Positions 15,050 through 20,000 of a stretch of 20,000 bases of DNA are shown piece after piece. The notes under the pieces were generated by a model. The model did no database searches, was not told the DNA's origin, and saw nothing but the letters and a program-made list of their open reading frames with translations. Location of the stretch: the IMG/VR virus record IMGVR_UViG_3300021963_000089. One strand, written 5' to 3'. The translations under genes and the position numbers were made by a program. Positions within the stretch are counted from its first letter, which is position 1. Every line of letters begins with the position of its first letter. The stretch comes from an uncultured virus (IMG/VR IMGVR_UViG_3300021963_000089) (lineage: Duplodnaviria > Heunggongvirae > Uroviricota > Caudoviricetes).

Positions 15050-17230
15050 ATGCCAACTAATATCATCATAACGCCTGGAGATGGAGAAATTAGTTTTCAA
15101 GATGGATCTAATCCTGTAAGAAAATTAATAATTTCTGGAAGTAATCTTTCATATGAATCAACAATAAGCGCGAGTAATTTTTATACGCATAATAATAGTG
15201 GAACATTCTATGGAAGCGCTTCATATGCTGCGACAGCAAGTTATGCTGTTAGTTATTATAGTGGTAGTGCTGTCAGTGCAAGTTATGCTTTGACTGCTTC
15301 ATACGCATCTAATGCTGGTTCTTTTTTGACAACTGGTTCAACATATCCAATAACTGCAAGTAGGAGTATCAGCAGCAGTTATGTTGTTAATGCGGATAAT
15401 TCTACAAGTTCCAGTTTTGCATCTACTGCAAGTTATGTTGCGAATAGTATTAGTAGTTCATATTCGTTGACGGCTTCATATGCATTAAATGCAAGTGAAG
15501 GAGGAACAACATTAATAACTGGTAGCACGTATCCAATAACTGCAAGTTGGAGTAACAATGCGATAACAGCCTCGTATGCAACTGCTCCAGTTTACAATAA
15601 TATTATTACTGCGTCGTTACAAACAGGCAGTATTGTGAATCAGACAATATTATATTCGGTTGGACCGGACCAAGAAAATATCATAACGGGTCTTAATTTG
15701 GAAGGTGATGCGTGGGGTGTTTCTGTTTTAGAAAGATGGATTTACGCAACTGGCGATCCATATTATACAAGTTGTAGTTTATTACTACATTTTAATGGGG
15801 CTAATAATTCCACCACTTTTGCAGATAGTGGGCCGAATAATGTGAGTGTGACTAGGAGTGGTAATACAAAAATTACATCATCAATTTATAAATTTGGTAG
15901 TGGAAGCGGATATTTCGATGGCACCGGTGATTATCTATCATTTTCAAGCGTGCCTACTGTTTTTGCGGGATCAAATTTTACAATTGAATTTTGGGCAAAT
16001 TTTTCAGACGTAGGTGTATATAGACCCATTTTATCCAGAAGAGCGGATTGTAATGCTTATACAACTTTAACACTTGATATAGGTAGACAAGCAGATAATA
16101 AAATAAATGCCACTTTTGTTGTGGGATCAACACTAACAAGTGTTACATCCACAACTACAATCTCTCAAAACACATGGTATAATGTTGTGGTAACCAGAGA
16201 CAATAATACAGTTTATTTGTTCATAAACGGTGTTCTGGAGTCGAGTGCCGGCATAACTGGAATTATAAATAACCAAGGAGGCACGACTTACATAGGTTCC
16301 CGTCCAACGTGTAGTCCAACCACAGCAATGTTCGGATATTTGGATGAGTTTAGAATTACTAAAGGTGTTGCTAGATACACAAGTAGTTTTACCCCACAAT
16401 CAATCGAATTTCCAAATAGTATATATACACAATATGATACAACTTATGTAGCTCTGGTTGGAGGATTGAATGATACTGGGTCAGATTATGGTGTTCAAAA
16501 GTTGGATAATACATCATTAAAAATAAGAAAGATGGCTGCCACAGGACAACCTGTGTCAGGCTCTCAATTTCTGGGACAGATTGTTGATAGAGTATATGTT
16601 AATGTGTTGGATTATACAAATGTAATGGTATCATCTAGTTATTCAGAAATTATTCAATACATACAAAGCTCGAGTCACGCTGATGTTGCTACTTTCGCAA
16701 CAAGTTCTATTAGTTCAAGTTTTGCGTCAGCTTCCGTTAGCAGTTCTTATGCTTTGGCCGCTTCATCTGCTTTAACCGCTTCATATGCTTTAACCGCTTC
16801 ATATGCTTTAAATGGTGGTGGCGGCGGCGGATCAACGACTGCAATTTATAGATATGGAACAACAAGTGTTGTAAATCCTGGTGGTTATGCAGCTACAATA
16901 ATTAAATATAATATCGCAGTAACGGATTCTACCAGTTGGTATAATAATACAACGGGTAGATTTACTCCAACTGTAGCCGGATGGTATCAAGTATCTGCTG
17001 GAGCAAGAGTTTATAGCGGTGGAGGAGAAGGTTATTTAACTTTACGCAAAAATGGAGCTGATTTAACGTCTGTCGGTGGGACCGGTGTTGTTAATACGAA
17101 TTTGTCGTTATTAGTTTATTTTAATGGTAGCACTGATTATGTTCAAATTTATAGTATTACTGGTAATTCAGTTACAAATGCGCAAAGTTCTACCATAACA
17201 CCGTTTACAATGGCCTATATAACATCATGA
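15050..17230 (+). CDS. Virion fibre/decoration protein with SASYA/TASYA repeats, LamG (ConA-like) domain and C-terminal C1q-like beta domain
   Basis: LamG-type motifs SLLLHFNG, FDGTGDYL, FTIEFWANF, WYNVVVTR...LFING and GYLDEFRITKGVARY. C-terminal YNNTTGRFTPTVAGWYQV...FNGSTDYV. Repeats flank the LamG domain. Confidence 0.78.
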   Translation: MPTNIIITPGDGEISFQDGSNPVRKLIISGSNLSYESTISASNFYTHNNSGTFYGSASYAATASYAVSYYSGSAVSASYALTASYASNAGSFLTTGSTYPITASRSISSSYVVNADNSTSSSFASTASYVANSISSSYSLTASYALNASEGGTTLITGSTYPITASWSNNAITASYATAPVYNNIITASLQTGSIVNQTILYSVGPDQENIITGLNLEGDAWGVSVLERWIYATGDPYYTSCSLLLHFNGANNSTTFADSGPNNVSVTRSGNTKITSSIYKFGSGSGYFDGTGDYLSFSSVPTVFAGSNFTIEFWANFSDVGVYRPILSRRADCNAYTTLTLDIGRQADNKINATFVVGSTLTSVTSTTTISQNTWYNVVVTRDNNTVYLFINGVLESSAGITGIINNQGGTTYIGSRPTCSPTTAMFGYLDEFRITKGVARYTSSFTPQSIEFPNSIYTQYDTTYVALVGGLNDTGSDYGVQKLDNTSLKIRKMAATGQPVSGSQFLGQIVDRVYVNVLDYTNVMVSSSYSEIIQYIQSSSHADVATFATSSISSSFASASVSSSYALAASSALTASYALTASYALNGGGGGGSTTAIYRYGTTSVVNPGGYAATIIKYNIAVTDSTSWYNNTTGRFTPTVAGWYQVSAGARVYSGGGEGYLTLRKNGADLTSVGGTGVVNTNLSLLVYFNGSTDYVQIYSITGNSVTNAQSSTITPFTMAYITS
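16751..16811 (+). repeat. About 3.5 copies of an 18-bp tandem repeat encoding ALTASY
   Basis: gctttggccgcttcatct, then gctttaaccgcttcatat twice (exact), then gctttaa. Confidence 0.9.
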
Positions 17231-17277
17231 TTGATTAAATCATCAGTGAGTCAAGTGTGTAGATCTAATTATAGTCT

Positions 17278-18279
17278 ATGATCAAGTTAATGGATTTATT
17301 GAAAGAGGGCGGCAAACTATTTGGTAGTAGAGCCAGTAGAGTTACTACATCTGAAATGAACAGTGTTTTTGACGAACTCAAGAATCAACTGGGTAATAGT
17401 TTTAGCAAGTTTGAATTGAGTAAATCACTACCATCCAAACAAGATCATGGTGATATTGATATTGTGTTGACAGGATCGTCTGGTGATATCAAGAACACGT
17501 TGTTATCTAATTTGGGTAATAAGGTAAAGGATTATAGTCGTAACGGAAATATCTATAGTGTTCTTTACAAGTCTGATTTGGGTAAGGATGTTCATGTAGA
17601 CTTTCTGTATGCGGATACAGACGATGACTTTGACGCACAAAAGACTTATTTAGCACTAGGAGACTTTAGTGGTATATTGGGTGTAATGGCTAGACAAAAT
17701 GGTTACAAGTATGCTACTACAGGTTTTCAAAAGATTTATGTAGATAAAAGTGGTAGACATCACGATATACTAATTACTAAGAATCTAAAAGACGGTTTGA
17801 AAATACTTGGTTATGGTGATGTATTGGGTGATTACGATAGTATACAAAACAATGATGATGTTGTTAAGTTTATTAGTGGTAGTCCTATGTTTGATAGCGA
17901 TGACTATAAGGGTCAAACTATGAATCACAGTGATCGTAAGAGAGTTAGAGCTGGTAGACCTAGTGCTGATTATATTAGAAAGTCATTGATTGGTTTGAAT
18001 AAACACAAACAGATTAGTGACCCAGACTATTTCTTGAAGCGGTTGTTTCCAGAAAAGTATCAGATGTTGTTGGATAAACAAAAAGAGATTGAATCATTTA
18101 CCCCAGTTAAATCCAAATATGGTGGTGAGTGGTTGATGGCTAATTTTCCACAATTAAAGCCAGGACCAATGTTGGGTAAGATCAAACAATATTGGACACA
18201 GAAGTATGGTGATAACTTGGATAATGTGCCAGAGGATGAATTGAAGAGAGACACTGATATTTATATCAAATCATTATGA
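17278..18279 (+). CDS. Pol-beta-superfamily nucleotidyltransferase; MIKLMDLLKE leader
   Basis: KQDHGDIDIV (DxD), a third Asp in VHVDF, PolX-thumb-like ARQNGYKYATTG, and C-terminal GEWLM...LKPGPMLGKIK resembling CCA-enzyme tails. Confidence 0.72.
   Translation: MIKLMDLLKEGGKLFGSRASRVTTSEMNSVFDELKNQLGNSFSKFELSKSLPSKQDHGDIDIVLTGSSGDIKNTLLSNLGNKVKDYSRNGNIYSVLYKSDLGKDVHVDFLYADTDDDFDAQKTYLALGDFSGILGVMARQNGYKYATTGFQKIYVDKSGRHHDILITKNLKDGLKILGYGDVLGDYDSIQNNDDVVKFISGSPMFDSDDYKGQTMNHSDRKRVRAGRPSADYIRKSLIGLNKHKQISDPDYFLKRLFPEKYQMLLDKQKEIESFTPVKSKYGGEWLMANFPQLKPGPMLGKIKQYWTQKYGDNLDNVPEDELKRDTDIYIKSL
18257..18265 (+). promoter_or_regulatory. ATATTTATA upstream motif embedded in the 3' end of the nucleotidyltransferase gene
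   Basis: 10 nt before ATG 18276. Confidence 0.5.
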
Positions 18280-19073
18280 ATTTACTTGAACTACTAAAAA
18301 AGCATAGATTGACCGAGGGTGTCGATGATCCATCAACTCTCAAGTGTATATTTATGGCTGGTGGGCCTGGTAGTGGAAAAAGCACTGTAGCTACTGAGTT
18401 ATTTGATTTACCTTCCAATTCATCTGTAAATCGATATGGTTTGAAGGTAATCAATAGTGATAACGAGTTTGAGAAGATGCTTCATAATATGAACATATCT
18501 ACAGACTTTAGTAAATTGAGTCCAGAAGAGTTTGAACGATTGACTGTTGGTCCTCAATCTACTAGAGAAAAAGCAAAACGAATCACAAGAAAAAAACTAG
18601 ACATGTATAGAAAGGCTAAATTAGGACTTATCATAGATGGAACTGGTGATAGTATAGAATCAATACAAATCAAGAAACGTGTTATGGAACAACATGGATA
18701 TGATTGTTACATGATATTTGTCAACACTAGTTTACAAGTTGCAATGGAACGTAATGCGAAGAGATCTCGTAAGATACCAGAAGATTTGTTATCACAGATG
18801 TGGTTTAGCTGTCAAAATAATTTGGGTCATTTTCAAAACATATTTCGTAACAACTTTAGAATAGTTGATCGAACAAAGAACAATGAACCAATTGATAGAG
18901 GTGTTTTGAGAAGTGTGATTGACTTTTTGAAGAGTCCTATAAAAAATCCAATTGGTAGAAAATGGATTGAAAATTACTATAAAAATGTAAAGAAGGTAGA
19001 CAGTGTAGAACAATCTGATGACGATGATTCGCATCTGAGGACAATAGAACCAATGCGTCCTAGAAATGTATGA
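18276..19073 (+). CDS. P-loop kinase (AAA_33 / zeta-toxin / polynucleotide-kinase-like)
   Basis: Walker A GGPGSGKS, VINSD, LIIDGT and lid motif ERNAKRSR. Confidence 0.85.
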   Translation: MNLLELLKKHRLTEGVDDPSTLKCIFMAGGPGSGKSTVATELFDLPSNSSVNRYGLKVINSDNEFEKMLHNMNISTDFSKLSPEEFERLTVGPQSTREKAKRITRKKLDMYRKAKLGLIIDGTGDSIESIQIKKRVMEQHGYDCYMIFVNTSLQVAMERNAKRSRKIPEDLLSQMWFSCQNNLGHFQNIFRNNFRIVDRTKNNEPIDRGVLRSVIDFLKSPIKNPIGRKWIENYYKNVKKVDSVEQSDDDDSHLRTIEPMRPRNV

Positions 19074-19339
19074 TGCCTTATACAGAGACAAGCTTGGGAA
19101 ACAATCAATATATTCGTGAGTTCGATTCTGGTATAGATAGTCATGAATTAGAGTGGCATTTGGATAAAGAAAACCGTTTGGTTGAGGTTGTGGAGAATAA
19201 TGGTGGTTGGGAGGTTCAATTGGATAATAATCTTCCGTGTTTGATGGAGGGTTCAATATTTATACCTAAAGAAACGTATCACAGAGTCATAAAAGGCTCT
19301 GGAAAACTTGTAGTCAAAATTACAAAAATGTATGAATGA
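19070..19339 (+). CDS. Small cupin-like protein
   Basis: WHLDKE and IFIPKETYHRVIK resemble the two cupin motifs. ATGA overlap with the kinase. Confidence 0.65.
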   Translation: MMPYTETSLGNNQYIREFDSGIDSHELEWHLDKENRLVEVVENNGGWEVQLDNNLPCLMEGSIFIPKETYHRVIKGSGKLVVKITKMYE

Positions 19340-19463
19340 GAAAGTAAAAAACACTCTTCAGAAGGTTCTCAAGGCAAAGAAACTGAAGGAGGATGCTGTT
19401 AAAAAGTCACAACCAAAACCATATGTTTCTGACTATAAGTTGATTGCGCAATCATTCCTATGA
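19332..19463 (+). CDS. Small basic protein, 43 aa (MNEKVKNTLQKVLKAKKLKEDAVKK...QSFL), absent from the ORF track
   Basis: Overlaps the cupin stop and ends in an ATGA overlap with the HAD gene, filling the gap exactly. Confidence 0.55.
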   Translation: MNEKVKNTLQKVLKAKKLKEDAVKKSQPKPYVSDYKLIAQSFL

Positions 19464-19999
19464 CCAAGAAACTAAGAGTATTTGATTTTGATGACACACT
19501 TTTTGAAACCGGTGGTAAAGTAATATTGACCAAATCAGATGGTTCGGTTGTCAAATTAACTCCCGCACAATATGCGGTGTATACTCAACAACCCGGTGAC
19601 AAATTTGATTTTTCAGAGTTTAGCTCGGTTATAGATCCCGTGGTTATTCGTAATGTAGCCAAGAGGTTTTATAAGATAGTCAGTGCGGGGTCAGATGGTC
19701 GTCTTGCCGTTGTTTTGACTGCGAGAGGTCCAGAGAGTCAGCCTCACATACAAAACGTTCTCCAGAGGTATTTTAAAGTCAATATACCTATTGTGACCGT
19801 TGGAACTAGTGATCCTATGGCTAAGGCTAACTGGATCAAGGATAAAATTGAAAATGAGGGTTACAACGATATCTTTTTTATTGATGACAGTCCCAAGAAC
19901 ATAAAGGCTGTTTATGCTACTATAAAAGATATGCCAATTAAGTATAAAATTGTGGATTTGAGTGGTCCACGAAAGTTTGAAGGTAATAATTTGGTATAG
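19460..19999 (+). CDS. HAD-superfamily phosphatase
   Basis: Motif I VFDFDDTL, motif II VLTAR, motif III K (AKANWI) and motif IV FIDDSPKNI. Confidence 0.88.
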   Translation: MTKKLRVFDFDDTLFETGGKVILTKSDGSVVKLTPAQYAVYTQQPGDKFDFSEFSSVIDPVVIRNVAKRFYKIVSAGSDGRLAVVLTARGPESQPHIQNVLQRYFKVNIPIVTVGTSDPMAKANWIKDKIENEGYNDIFFIDDSPKNIKAVYATIKDMPIKYKIVDLSGPRKFEGNNLV

Positions 20000-20000
20000 A

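Noticed and set aside
16751..16811. Tandem repeats as a CRISPR array or DGR template/variable repeat
   Set aside because: In-frame coding repeats without spacers, and no cas or reverse transcriptase gene in the window.
18276..19339. Zeta/epsilon toxin-antitoxin pair
   Set aside because: The kinase is only generically zeta-like and the neighbour looks like a cupin, not an epsilon antitoxin.
1..20000. Stop-codon reassignment as seen in some large phages
   Set aside because: All core genes are intact under the standard code, and TAA, TGA and TAG each end plausible genes.

Overview
This window is the head-assembly module of a large T4-like (myovirus-type) dsDNA phage, read in the standard genetic code. 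It runs from the terminase large-subunit C-terminus through portal, two prohead-region proteins, prohead protease, scaffold and major capsid protein. Two inverted genes interrupt the module. After the capsid terminator come an antisense Mom-like DNA-modification gene, a lipoprotein with C-terminal membrane helices (unimolecular-spanin-like topology), a repeat-rich LamG fibre/decoration protein, and nucleotide-handling enzymes (2H phosphoesterase, Pol-beta-type nucleotidyltransferase, P-loop kinase, cupin, HAD phosphatase). Two patterns stand out. First, about seven otherwise unrelated proteins share a short N-terminal leader, roughly M-[IV]-K-L-x-[DH]-[LI]-[LIV]-x(0-1)-E, resembling a capsid-targeting, protease-cleaved sequence; this suggests a packaged and injected enzyme cargo. 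Second, an ATATTTAT(A/T) motif, the reverse complement of the T4 late promoter, sits just upstream of many start codons. All family assignments come from motif recognition by eye; no database searches were run.
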